Part shown: positions 19,319-29,039 of the stretch, piece by piece
Layout of the letters: each line of letters opens with the position of its first letter
How positions within the stretch are numbered: the stretch's first letter is position 1
Source of the DNA: Candidatus Heimdallarchaeota archaeon
GTDB lineage: Archaea; Asgardarchaeota; Heimdallarchaeia; JABLTI01
Direction: 5' to 3'
Assembly (NCBI GenBank): GCA_019056785.1
Contig: DXJV01000006.1
Span: 1 to 64,000, forward strand
DNA length: 64,000 bases
Notes under the pieces: generated by a model
Told to the model about the DNA's origin: nothing
Database searches by the model: none
The model's input: only the letters and a program-made list of their open reading frames with translations
Made by a program: the position numbers and the translations under genes

Positions 19319-19396
19319 TGGTGCACCGAGCGGGATTTGAACCCGCGTACCCAGCTTGGAAGGCTGGAGTCCTAGACCAGTCTAGACCATCGGTGC
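19319..19396 (-). tRNA. tRNA-Gly(TCC), intronless
   Basis: Reverse complement GCACCGATGG...CCAGC-CTTCCAA-GCTGG...GGTTCAAATCC...TCGGTGCACCA. Confidence 0.95.
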
Positions 19397-19649
19397 TTCT
19401 TCTTTCAGTTATTTTTCGGGCTTTTTTTCTTTTAAACTCTTTCGATTATTTGGAGTTCTTTTCCAAAATTTCTTTTTTTGTCTGTAATTTCCTTCCTTTG
19501 TAAGGGTGTGCCTTCCTTACCGACAAAAAACTGAGGATTCTTTTACTAGATATACCGACAGTTTTTCTCACTGTGCTTATTAATCATCGTCTCCATTAGT
19601 TGGCTTGTAAAGTTAACATTTTATGCTATTTTAAAGGAGTTAGATTAAA

Positions 19650-20342
19650 TTGACAGTTGCAGAGCTCCTTCGGGAGGGTAAAGTTGCTCGTTTGCTAAAA
19701 ATTACCGTTCTTGGTACCTCTGGTAGTGGTAAGACATCCTTTTTGCGAGCTCTGTTTGGGGATGAGTTCATCACTTCTGATGTTAAACGACAAGATTATC
19801 TCGAGAATAAAGCCAATCTTACTTATACGCCGATTGATGTTGAAGAATCAACCACTACTCTTAGTTTGAACCAACTTGGTGCGATGGTCATTTTCACGAA
19901 GAGCAATCAATTTGAAGTTCTCAAAATACAGGATGGTGTTGATAATCTGCTCACGAGAGAGGATATTGATTATTTCATGACGTTCTCAATTTTTGATACT
20001 GCTGGTCAAGAACGGTTTGAGTTTATGGCTGATATTTGTCTAAAGGGTTCTGATGCAGTTATTTTAGTTGCTGATGGTACCAATGTCTCTTCCATCGAAT
20101 ACTTGAATGTCTACATCGAGAAGATAAAAGATGAAGAACTTCGGACCGGCAAAGAAATTCCTGTGATAATTTTCATGAACAAGCAAGATCTCAGCAAGAA
20201 AGGAATCTATTTGGGTGCCGATGTTGCTCGCACAGCCACAAGAAACGAATACGAAGTTTTTGAGACAACTATTAAAGACAAGGACTCTTTCATCCTACCC
20301 TTGCGGATTTTAATTAGCAGGTTAAATGCGCTTTCGTTTTGA
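19650..20342 (+). CDS. Ras-superfamily small GTPase (Rab/MglA-like)
   Basis: GTSGSGKT, STTT, DTAGQERF, NKQD. Confidence 0.88.
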   Translation: MTVAELLREGKVARLLKITVLGTSGSGKTSFLRALFGDEFITSDVKRQDYLENKANLTYTPIDVEESTTTLSLNQLGAMVIFTKSNQFEVLKIQDGVDNLLTREDIDYFMTFSIFDTAGQERFEFMADICLKGSDAVILVADGTNVSSIEYLNVYIEKIKDEELRTGKEIPVIIFMNKQDLSKKGIYLGADVARTATRNEYEVFETTIKDKDSFILPLRILISRLNALSF

Positions 20343-20404
20343 GCTGCTGAAGAAAATTCCTTCTTCCTTTTTTCAAACTCGTACATGCAATAAAAACAAA
20401 AGGT

Positions 20405-20430
20405 GGCTGCAGAATTGCGCAGCCTTTTTT
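20405..20430. terminator. Hairpin + T tract between convergent genes
   Basis: GGCTGC-N8-GCAGCC followed by T6; A tract upstream. Confidence 0.5.
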
Positions 20431-20451
20431 ATTTTTCTCTGTACACCATTT

Positions 20452-20898
20452 CTACCAGAAGAATCGAGGTACCAATAAAACTGCTTCTATTGAGTATGGT
20501 AGAGTGGTAATGTAATGATAATTAAAGTGGCTTATTTGCGTTGTCGGATAACTGAATGCTTGTCGTTTCTGCTTTTCAGTTTCTGATAAAGCATAAAAAG
20601 TATATTTCATATTGAGAAGATTCTTTCGTTTAACAATATCTCCTCGCGTTTGCAAGTCTCTTAATGCTGAGAAAAACAAGTAGTTACTTAATCCTTTAAC
20701 CCGTTTTCCTACGGCAATTCTGATTTCAGATGATCGCATTAATCGACAACTAACAAATAATGTATCTAATATTAATTCCTGAACGCGAATTGTTTTTTTG
20801 CTTCTTTTTCGCCCTCTAGTTCCTTTTTTCTTTTCTACAGAAAGCCTTATCCTAGCTTCTCGGTCTCTAATAGAGCTGTTTAATAATTCCATGATCAT
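20452..20898 (-). CDS. Basic winged-helix DNA-binding protein
   Basis: MRSSEIRIAV...FFSALRDLQTRGDIVK...TFYAL wHTH pattern. Confidence 0.6.
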   Translation of the reverse strand: MIMELLNSSIRDREARIRLSVEKKKGTRGRKRSKKTIRVQELILDTLFVSCRLMRSSEIRIAVGKRVKGLSNYLFFSALRDLQTRGDIVKRKNLLNMKYTFYALSETEKQKRQAFSYPTTQISHFNYHYITTLPYSIEAVLLVPRFFW

Positions 20899-21257
20899 TT
20901 TTTTTCACAGCCTTTTTTCTTATTACTGCTCGTGCTTTTATTGTTTGAGCTTTTGAGTGAAGACATTCTCCACATTCTCCTTATAAGTCTTTCGCTATTA
21001 CACCGCGATGCTATATAAACACTTTTTGTTAATATAGCTTATGCGATATATTATTTATATTTTTCCCTCGTAAGTAGTAAGACTAAATCTTAGTGATAGT
21101 TGGAGAATGAACAATCTAAAAGGCAAGATGGTGTTTATATTAAAAAAGGCTTTCTATTAAATAGTAAAGGGGAGCAATATTTTCTCTTTAAAAAATAAGA
21201 GAAACATTATCATTTATAATAGAAAGAGCCCTCCTTGATAATGTGTAGCAAGTTGAG

Positions 21258-21734
21258 TTGATAATATTGAGGCAAAAGGATTATTTATTCGGTTTTTTAA
21301 TAGTCATAATTTGTTCAATAATTTTCGTTCTTCCAGCTGATGCTTTATATCTCATTATCCCTTCCATCTTGATTGCTGGAGCGGCAGGGGGGATGTATGT
21401 GGGGTATGTTCGGAAGCGTCCTTTAATTTCCTGTGTTTATGATGGTTTTATTCTGGGTATCCTAGCAAGTCTCGTTCAGGCAGCTGTTATTATTCCTATT
21501 CTATGGTATTATCACAATCAAAGTTATGATATTGGTACTCCACTTCGGTTTGTTTTTCTTATATTTGCTCTTTGTCTCTTGACTGCTGGATTTGTTGGTG
21601 GGCCTTTTGGTGGTTTGATCATGGGTCTTTTCTATCGATACCTTCGACGCGACCGGGGCGAAGCTGACTTGTATGAATCATATCTTGAAACTAAAACACA
21701 AGATAATTCTTCATACGAAGATTTGCATGATTAA
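21258..21734 (+). CDS. Four-TM membrane protein
   Basis: Gly-rich hydrophobic helices; stop overlaps the next start. Confidence 0.7.
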   Translation: MIILRQKDYLFGFLIVIICSIIFVLPADALYLIIPSILIAGAAGGMYVGYVRKRPLISCVYDGFILGILASLVQAAVIIPILWYYHNQSYDIGTPLRFVFLIFALCLLTAGFVGGPFGGLIMGLFYRYLRRDRGEADLYESYLETKTQDNSSYEDLHD

Positions 21735-22861
21735 TGTTTGATGATTTGGAGGTTGATGTGGCTACGAACTACTTTATTATTCTGACCCGTGCTTGTAATT
21801 TGAAGTGTAAATATTGTGGAGAAGATGCCACTTTCGAACCTCCACCAATTGATCTCGCTTACCCTTTGACCGATTTGGTAACCTTTCTTGCAAAGGATCC
21901 GTCTGAAATAACCATTCAATTTTATGGCGGAGAGCCGTTACTAAAAATCCCTCTTTTAGAGCAAATAATGGATGCCATTCCAAATGTCCGGCACTGGTCC
22001 ATTCAAACGAATGCTGTTTTTTTACATAAACTCCACCCTCCCTATCTTCAACGCTTAAGTGCAATTTTAGCATCGATTGATGGTCGACCACATGTTAATG
22101 ACGCAAACCGCGGACAAGGTAATTATCAGAAGGTTCTAAACAACTGTTCTTATGTTCTTAGCCATGGTTTTTCTGGCGATTTGATTGCCCGCATGACCGT
22201 CTCAGAAGTTGCGGACATTTATGAAGAGGTTGTTCACCTAGTCTCTCTCAAGCGGCCAAAGTTTTCCCATATTCATTGGCAACTTGATAGTCAATGGGAT
22301 GATCGCCCTGAAAATCGTTGGAAAGATTTCTTGGGCTGGATTGACAAATCGTATAATCCTGGTATAAGCAGGTTAGTGAAGTGGTGGTTAAGCTTTCTTC
22401 GTGAGGGCATTGTTCAAAGGCTGGTGCCTTTTATTGCGCTTATGTATTCTCTTCTAACTAATAAGCCAAGTGCACTTCGATGTGGGGCAGGCTTGGATTC
22501 CTTTGCGATTAATCCTGATGGACAAATTTCTGTTTGTCCTATTTCCCCTGAGTTCTCCTTTTCCATTGTTGGTCATATCACTTCTCATTCGCCGGAAGCC
22601 ATTCGTAATTCTCTTCACGTAACTGCTCCTTGTCCTTCATGTGCAGAATACCCTGTTTGTGGGGGGCGGTGTCTTTTTATCAATTATACGAAATTGTGGG
22701 GGGAAAAGTATTATGCTAAAGTTTGTGGCACCGTTAAACATTTGATCAATTCGTTACGTCAAATTGCCCCTGAAGTCCAGCAGTTAATTGCTGATGGTAT
22801 TCTTTCTTTGGATGACTTTAATTATCCTCAATATAATAATGGCTGTGAAATTATTCCGTGA
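21734..22861 (+). CDS. Radical SAM/SPASM protein (AF0577/TIGR04084-like)
   Basis: CNLKCKYC, FYGGEPL, CGAG, CPSC...CGGRC, C-terminal CEIIP. Confidence 0.88.
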   Translation: MFDDLEVDVATNYFIILTRACNLKCKYCGEDATFEPPPIDLAYPLTDLVTFLAKDPSEITIQFYGGEPLLKIPLLEQIMDAIPNVRHWSIQTNAVFLHKLHPPYLQRLSAILASIDGRPHVNDANRGQGNYQKVLNNCSYVLSHGFSGDLIARMTVSEVADIYEEVVHLVSLKRPKFSHIHWQLDSQWDDRPENRWKDFLGWIDKSYNPGISRLVKWWLSFLREGIVQRLVPFIALMYSLLTNKPSALRCGAGLDSFAINPDGQISVCPISPEFSFSIVGHITSHSPEAIRNSLHVTAPCPSCAEYPVCGGRCLFINYTKLWGEKYYAKVCGTVKHLINSLRQIAPEVQQLIADGILSLDDFNYPQYNNGCEIIP

Positions 22862-22944
22862 ATTTCGCTCATTTTTGCTTAGTCTCAGTTATAGGAAAAA
22901 CAATTCCCCCTTCCAACCACAATCATTTTCAAAAACTCTTGAAC

Positions 22945-23889
22945 TCATTTAAGTTCGTTTAAAATTAATCGCGTTATATCATTTCTTCTTTTTTTACTCC
23001 CCAAATTAATATCTGTGCAAATTGTCTTGATGCCTAATGCATGGATTTCTTCGGCTAATGTTCTGTCAGTTTCACTTAAAATAAAAATGTCGAGAAATTC
23101 TTGATACAGTTTTGCAATGCTCACTGGTGAGGCTTCCATTCCAAGTTCATGCAGTAATTGTGCTGCCGGTCCACTAAAAGCTCGCTTATCTTCGATTGGA
23201 GAAATAGCGACAATCGTTGCCGGAGATTCCATTAAAGATTCTTTGAACCCCTTTACTGCCAACATCGGTCCTATGCTTGTGATGGGATTACTAGGGCCAA
23301 TAATAATCATTTTGCTGTTCGAAAGTGCTTTCGAACATTCGGGTGTTATTTCTGCCTTTTCACTTCCCTGATAAAGGACTTTCTTAACTGCAAACTTTTC
23401 ATGCGTTTTAACAGTATATTCCTGAAAGGTTAACTTTCTGTTGTTTACTTTTGTAATCATAACTGTGCGAATGGCATCATTTGTCATTGGTAAAATAGTA
23501 GCTTGAATATGTAGTCTTCTTGAGAGCTCGCTGGTAACTTTTGTGGCGTTTTTTCCTTCAAGAAGAAGTTTCTTCCGAACAAGATGAAGAGCCAAATCTT
23601 TATCCCCCAGCTGAAACCAAGCTTCTTCTCCCAGCGATCTTAAAAAGTCGTTAGTGTAGAAACTATCCCCCTTGACTCCCCAATATTTGTTTTCATCAAG
23701 TAGCCCTGCGAAGAGATAGAGTAGCGTATCTATATCCGGGGAAACGAGCAACCCATAAAATTCTTCATCATCACCTGTATTGCCAATAACAGTTAGCAAT
23801 TCGTCCGAAAGCAGTGCTCGAAAACCCTGCAATAATTTCGGAGTACCTGTTCCTCCGGAAAGGAAAACTAACTCACCTGGCTCGACCAT
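22945..23889 (-). CDS. cofD: 2-phospho-L-lactate transferase
   Basis: LSGGTGTPKL, NTGDD, SPDIDT, WFQLGDKD, IGPSNPITSIGP. Confidence 0.95.
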   Translation of the reverse strand: MVEPGELVFLSGGTGTPKLLQGFRALLSDELLTVIGNTGDDEEFYGLLVSPDIDTLLYLFAGLLDENKYWGVKGDSFYTNDFLRSLGEEAWFQLGDKDLALHLVRKKLLLEGKNATKVTSELSRRLHIQATILPMTNDAIRTVMITKVNNRKLTFQEYTVKTHEKFAVKKVLYQGSEKAEITPECSKALSNSKMIIIGPSNPITSIGPMLAVKGFKESLMESPATIVAISPIEDKRAFSGPAAQLLHELGMEASPVSIAKLYQEFLDIFILSETDRTLAEEIHALGIKTICTDINLGSKKRRNDITRLILNELK

Positions 23890-24046
23890 CTGGATTATTC
23901 TCCAGTAATTGTTTTTTTGTTATTGACACTTACGCTAAGAATTATTAATTGCATGGTAAGTATTAGTTTTTACATTAATTACACGTCACGTTGCACATTT
24001 GGTGAATTACTTGTCTAATAATATCGATAATATAACAGGTTCAAAT

Positions 24047-24829
24047 ATGCCGGAAACTGCTCAACCAAGTGATCTTTCGACCAGTAGTGAACAAGTTCCG
24101 CCCCCCCAACCCCTTTCACTCGAGGTTGATGCACCTCAAAAAGAGCCCTCTGCAAACGCTAAAGAGATAGGACAATTTAGAGCGATTTTGCGAGCAGTTT
24201 TTAGTAAGGAAGGTATACAGCTCCTTCTTTCTCATCATCCAAATTGTGAAAAATACGAATCGCATGTTTTCAAAATTGGCAGATTACGATTATGCAAGGG
24301 CTGTATTTTAAGTTATCCACCTGTATATACCATCATTTTAATGTATATCTTTTGGAATGCCGCACGAACCTTCTTGCTTACAAAAAGTTTTCGAATAGCA
24401 AATATCTATTGGTTTGTCATTGGTTTTGGAGTTCTAACCTTGGGGGGATATGCTCTAAAAAAGTATTCTCGGATAATAAATGATTTTACAAAATTATTCC
24501 GAGGGATTTTGGCCGGTTTCTTAGTTGCGAGTGTTTTCGCCGCAACAACATGGTATTATGCTATCATACCTGCGCTCCTTTTTTTTACAGGCCTTGCCTT
24601 CCTCAGTCTGAAACGGGGAAAAGAAATGGATACAACTTGTAAAGAATGTGAATGGCATGGGAATTTTGAGACTTGCCCGGGATTTCGGGGCTTTTATGAA
24701 CGTTTAACCGGAGGCACTTCTAAGGATCAGCAACCCGCTGGGCAATTAGAATCTACACAGCAACAAATTGCCCCCTCTAAGGTTGGCTCTGATACTGCTT
24801 CTGAAGTAATAGCAGAGAAAGAACCTTAA
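24047..24829 (+). CDS. Cys/His-containing membrane protein (DUF2085-like)
   Basis: LSHHP.C...H...LCKGC, four TM helices, CKEC...CPG. Confidence 0.6.
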   Translation: MPETAQPSDLSTSSEQVPPPQPLSLEVDAPQKEPSANAKEIGQFRAILRAVFSKEGIQLLLSHHPNCEKYESHVFKIGRLRLCKGCILSYPPVYTIILMYIFWNAARTFLLTKSFRIANIYWFVIGFGVLTLGGYALKKYSRIINDFTKLFRGILAGFLVASVFAATTWYYAIIPALLFFTGLAFLSLKRGKEMDTTCKECEWHGNFETCPGFRGFYERLTGGTSKDQQPAGQLESTQQQIAPSKVGSDTASEVIAEKEP

Positions 24830-24842
24830 AAGATAATAAATG

Positions 24843-25103
24843 TTAGTCATTTTTGGTGCTTGGTTCTGCCCCTGTTTTCAACGCCCATTCAAGTAACTCT
24901 CGTCGTTTTAATTCATTGGAAATTGCTTGTTCTCTGAGATACAGTTTCCAATTTGCGCCCTCTTCGGCTGACTGGTTGTTTGTTAATTCCTTTCGTACAT
25001 CCCAGAGCGCCTTTCGCAATTCTTTGCTGTTTGCCCGCCTGGCTTGCCGTAGAACTTTCCGCCAGAAAATTCTCTTTTGCAATCCGTTTTTGTGGAGATT
25101 CAT
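24843..25103 (-). CDS. Small basic helical hypothetical protein
   Basis: 86-aa ORF with AAAGGA upstream. Confidence 0.5.
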   Translation of the reverse strand: MNLHKNGLQKRIFWRKVLRQARRANSKELRKALWDVRKELTNNQSAEEGANWKLYLREQAISNELKRRELLEWALKTGAEPSTKND

Positions 25104-25338
25104 GACATCAATTCCTTTTCAATGGCATTTACTTACTACAAGTTTCTGGTGTTATTTTTTTTTACGAAATTTCTTACAATAGCTTCTTTAATAATAATCT
25201 TAAAAAAGCTACAAATATATGAATTTTTTTACCAAGAAATAGTTTAACGAGAAAAATAGACTTGAAATCTCTTAATAAAGGATTTTTCTTGATGACAAAA
25301 ACGTTTTTAAGTAACTATATCAACTAATTAGTTTAGCA

Positions 25339-25359
25339 TCTAAACCTTTATGGTTTAGA
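25339..25359. promoter_or_regulatory. Perfect 8-bp inverted repeat upstream of the SBP gene
   Basis: TCTAAACC-TTTAT-GGTTTAGA just downstream of a TTTTTAAG TATA-like box; operator or 5'UTR hairpin. Confidence 0.45.
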
Positions 25360-25426
25360 GCATGATTCAGATGGAATCAAAAAAAACCAACATATAGGTT
25401 AAACCGATATTATTGGTGATCACCTG

Positions 25427-27307
25427 ATGAAAGTGAACAAAGTTAAATCAGCAATTCTTGTTGGTGTAATGTTATCCCTGTTTGTCGCAAGTTCTTTCGC
25501 AGTTAATCCTGTGAAGACAAAATCCATTGAACCATTTTTCACATTGGTATTTAAGACAAACCAAGGAGGAGTTCGCCCTGACTATGGGAACTTCTTGAAA
25601 CAACACTTGGCAAGAATTGGGATTGATGTAAACGTAGTTGTACAGGACTGGCCTACTTTTGTAGCAGAGTTGATCGTCTTCCGAGACTTCGATATCTGTT
25701 ACGTTGGTCTTTCCGGTGGCGGTGCAGACCCAGACTTCACTGGTGTCTACAATGAAAACGGTTCCTTGAACCTCTTCGGTTATGATACCAGCATGGACTG
25801 GGACGATGAATTAGGAACCGGTAAAAACGAATGGTACATGAAACAAGGTACTTTGATCATGCCCCCAGACTCAGAAGAGCGTGTTCAACACTACTGGGAA
25901 TGGGAAAACTACTTAATGGACAAGATTTTACCCTTATTACCAACCTTCTCACCCAAGTCTTATGTTGTTACCTGGTCAAACCTCCATGGTTATAACATGA
26001 CCGATGGTGTCTTACAATCTTGGGGTAAAATGTGGTGGGAAAGTTCACACCAAGGTCAAATCAGCACTGATGAATTAGTCATTACTGATGCCGCCTGGTC
26101 AGACTTAAACCCCTTAACACAAGATGATACATCCTCAAGCTTCATTAGTAGTGCGACAATGGATACCTTGATCTGGTACGATGCTGACCTCAGCGTCTGG
26201 CCACACATAGCAGACAGCTATACCTATCTTAACGACACAACCATTCAAATCCACGTGCGTGATGGTATCAAGTGGGCAACTGACCCAGATGGTTTATTCA
26301 CCAACGAATACCTTGATATCTATGATGTATACTTCACCTTTTATGCCTGGAAATATGTCTCCAACGACAAACAACTCTGGGACTGGATTGAAGATATGAA
26401 AATCGTCGACGATAAAACCTTAATTATTTACGTTGACGGTGATCCAACCACTCCTGAAAACGATCCTTATGCTCCTTCCTTACCTGCAATTAGTACCCGC
26501 ATTTTGCCAGAGCACTATTTGAACCAAACTCAAGAACCTGATGGTGTCACTCCAGACACAACCCATCCATCATGGACAACCTTCTCAACCAACTGTTTCG
26601 GAACTGGTCTCTTCGAGATTAGCGACTTTACAGAAGGTGTAGAAACAGTTCTCACTCTTCGAAGTGACTGCTGGAGATTAGATGAAAGCATCACCAATGA
26701 CCCAGACTTGAATTGGGTTGAACGATTTGGTTTTGATTCCGAATGGGATACCAAAGGTATGCACCAATTACGTATCCGAATTATTCCAGACCTTCAAACT
26801 TCTCTCTTAGAATTTGAGGCTGGTAAAGTCGATATTGATGGTGTTACTGCCTTCCCAGAAAAGCGTGATCAATACCAAGCTGATCCCAAATATACTATCC
26901 AATCAGATACAACCTTCAGCTACGGTTTCTACGGCTATAACATGCGCGAAAGCAGACAACAAATGGGTGATCGCAGAATCAGCGAAACCAACCCAACCTT
27001 AACCAGGGGTCTTGCTTTACGAAAGGCTATCTCTTATGCTGTTGATCGAGATGAAATCAACCAGGTTATTCACCGTGGCGAATACACCATTACTGACTGG
27101 CCCATTTATCCAAAGATGGGTATCTGGTGTAATCCAAACATCATCCGCTACAACCACGACCTCGACAAAGCAAGAGAGTACATGTACTACGCAGGCTTCG
27201 ATATCGGATATACTCCAACTACTCCAGGATTTACCTTGATTATTACCCTTTCCTCCTTGTTAGCTGTTGCGAGTGTAACATTCGTCATCATCAAGAAGCG
27301 AAAATAA
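25427..27307 (+). CDS. Family-5 (Opp/Dpp) ABC substrate-binding protein, circularly permuted, with PGF-CTERM-like anchor
   Basis: DLNP, PHIADSY, RDGIKW, GTGLF, FEAGKVD, LRKAISYAVDR, DLDKAR, IGIDV...DFD; ends PGF-TM-KKRK; strong C-ending codon bias. Confidence 0.9.
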   Translation: MKVNKVKSAILVGVMLSLFVASSFAVNPVKTKSIEPFFTLVFKTNQGGVRPDYGNFLKQHLARIGIDVNVVVQDWPTFVAELIVFRDFDICYVGLSGGGADPDFTGVYNENGSLNLFGYDTSMDWDDELGTGKNEWYMKQGTLIMPPDSEERVQHYWEWENYLMDKILPLLPTFSPKSYVVTWSNLHGYNMTDGVLQSWGKMWWESSHQGQISTDELVITDAAWSDLNPLTQDDTSSSFISSATMDTLIWYDADLSVWPHIADSYTYLNDTTIQIHVRDGIKWATDPDGLFTNEYLDIYDVYFTFYAWKYVSNDKQLWDWIEDMKIVDDKTLIIYVDGDPTTPENDPYAPSLPAISTRILPEHYLNQTQEPDGVTPDTTHPSWTTFSTNCFGTGLFEISDFTEGVETVLTLRSDCWRLDESITNDPDLNWVERFGFDSEWDTKGMHQLRIRIIPDLQTSLLEFEAGKVDIDGVTAFPEKRDQYQADPKYTIQSDTTFSYGFYGYNMRESRQQMGDRRISETNPTLTRGLALRKAISYAVDRDEINQVIHRGEYTITDWPIYPKMGIWCNPNIIRYNHDLDKAREYMYYAGFDIGYTPTTPGFTLIITLSSLLAVASVTFVIIKKRK

Positions 27308-27323
27308 GTTCCTGTATAAATTA

Positions 27324-27361
27324 GCAGCGGGGTATCCTGCTGCAAATACTCTTTTTTTTTT
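27324..27361 (+). terminator. Stem-loop plus poly-T terminator
   Basis: GCAGCGGG-GTAT-CCTGCTGC, then T10 at 27352-27361. Confidence 0.65.
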
Positions 27362-27467
27362 CATGTTTTCTTCATTTTCGAGACATGTATATTTTGATAC
27401 ATTTTTTTGTAGCTATAAGAAAGATTTAAAATCGATAATTGTTTTTCAGAACATCATCAAATCATTT

Positions 27468-27545
27468 GCCCCAATGGTGTAGCTCGGCCAATCATTACAG
27501 CCTTTCGAGTTGTAGACTCGGGTTCAAATCCCGATTGGGGCACCA
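27468..27545 (+). tRNA. tRNA-Glu(TTC), intronless
   Basis: GCCCCAA/TTGGGGC acceptor, ACAGC-CTTTCGA-GTTGT, GGTTCAAATCC, CCA. Confidence 0.95.
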
Positions 27546-27616
27546 TTTTCCTTCTCGCCGAAAATTTCTTTTGCTAGAAAAGTGTTATTTTTGTTGGTGT
27601 ATTATTCTTGGTGAAA

Positions 27617-27982
27617 ATGGATGTCTATCCTGTAAAATTCATTGTTGAACGATTTGGTGAAGCTCTTGGAGAATTTTATCGTATGAAGGCCCCCTTGTCT
27701 GTTGAAGAAATTTGGTATTCTCTTCCAATAAGTGGAAGGGCGCGCATAGAAGATAATGCGCAGCTTTATTTTCTAACTGACATTCAAGTAAAGGCCGAAC
27801 ATCCCACATTAACGGTCGAACCGGGTGATATTGCTTACTGCCCTTTGCAAAAGTCCATTCATGTGTTTTGGGCTCAGACAACACCTGTTGCTGAAGTTAA
27901 TATAATCGGAAAAATAACTAAGAATCTCGAGATGTTTAAAGAGGTAAAATCTCTCAGCCGTGTTGTTTTACAAAAGCACTAA
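27617..27982 (+). CDS. Cyclophilin-like fold protein (DUF369/UPF0288 type)
   Basis: APLSVEEIWYSLPI, QLYF, VEPGDIAY.P, VNIIGKI. Confidence 0.8.
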   Translation: MDVYPVKFIVERFGEALGEFYRMKAPLSVEEIWYSLPISGRARIEDNAQLYFLTDIQVKAEHPTLTVEPGDIAYCPLQKSIHVFWAQTTPVAEVNIIGKITKNLEMFKEVKSLSRVVLQKH

Positions 27983-28009
27983 GGTACCAGCTCCTTTTTT
28001 TCTGCTTTT

Positions 28010-28210
28010 CTACCATTCCTCTCTTCTTTGCGCTGTTTTCCAGAAAAAAAGGCCACATTTTTTACAAACAATTTTTTGCTGATATTTCTTCTTTGAGTAA
28101 TAGATCTCTAATACAAGGGGTTCGTTACACCTGCCACATTTTTCCTGCAGATTTTGAGTTTCAATAAGGACAAGATCCTCGTCACTAGTTTGATTCCGTT
28201 CTGAGAACAT
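28010..28210 (-). CDS. Small zinc-ribbon protein
   Basis: CGRC...CKKC; GAAGG upstream. Confidence 0.65.
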   Translation of the reverse strand: MFSERNQTSDEDLVLIETQNLQEKCGRCNEPLVLEIYYSKKKYQQKIVCKKCGLFFWKTAQRREEW

Positions 28211-28259
28211 CCTTCATAGCCTTCTCTAAATAAGCCCTTGTCGGTGACCGGCCTTCTCT

Positions 28260-28991
28260 TTAAATGAATAGGTTTTCTGCAGAGAGTACTACACAACCAT
28301 CTTTACCGAGAGTGTACGGGCGTCGCACCAATTCATGATCTATACCGCGCATTTTTCTGATGTAAATACTGCGTACCAATCGATGGTTTACTTCTTGAAT
28401 GTCTAAAACGATAACACCTGAAGCCATGAATTCTTCGACACCATAACGTGAAATTTCGCCGCTCTGTGACATTTCACTTGTAACAATGGTTGTACATTTT
28501 AGGCTTGACATAACTGCGCTTAGCTTTAAAATTTCACGACGAATTCTCATCTCGCTTTCTAATGATAGTGCAAGAGCTGTTAACGAATCAATTACTACTC
28601 GATCTGCTCCAAGTTCATCTATCAAACTGATGAGTGTCGTCAGTAAATCATCAATCTCAAGTCGAATACTATACTTTTCTTTGGAAGCAACGCCGGCCCT
28701 CATTGAGAACCCATCGACGAGCGCCAGGAGGTTCTCGTTTTCCAAGCTCTCAAGTTTCCAATTATAGCTTACGAAATTTTGCCGGACCGTTTTCGGACTT
28801 TCATCAAAAGTAACATAAATACCCGGATCGCCATAATCTAAAATTCCTCGGTAGATAAATTGTGTTGCAAGGGTTGTTTTTCCTGCCCCCGCCGGTCCGC
28901 TCAGTAAAATAGTTCGTCCCTTTGGGAGTCCCCCTTTTAACATTTTATCCAATCCTGGAATTCCAGTTTTAACACGGGCAATTTGGCTCAT
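28260..28991 (-). CDS. Single-domain KaiC/RAD55-like ATPase
   Basis: TGIPGLD, GPAGAGKT, VVIDSL, YGVEEF, RKMRG. Confidence 0.92.
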   Translation of the reverse strand: MSQIARVKTGIPGLDKMLKGGLPKGRTILLSGPAGAGKTTLATQFIYRGILDYGDPGIYVTFDESPKTVRQNFVSYNWKLESLENENLLALVDGFSMRAGVASKEKYSIRLEIDDLLTTLISLIDELGADRVVIDSLTALALSLESEMRIRREILKLSAVMSSLKCTTIVTSEMSQSGEISRYGVEEFMASGVIVLDIQEVNHRLVRSIYIRKMRGIDHELVRRPYTLGKDGCVVLSAENLFI

Positions 28992-29039
28992 TGTAGTTTT
29001 TCTCCTTGGTAAATAGTGGGGTATAATTAAATAAAATTC

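Noticed and set aside
24843-25103. Ribosomal protein uL29
   Set aside because: Only a generic ELRK.L...RKEL helix; not in a ribosomal operon and lacks the C-terminal motif.
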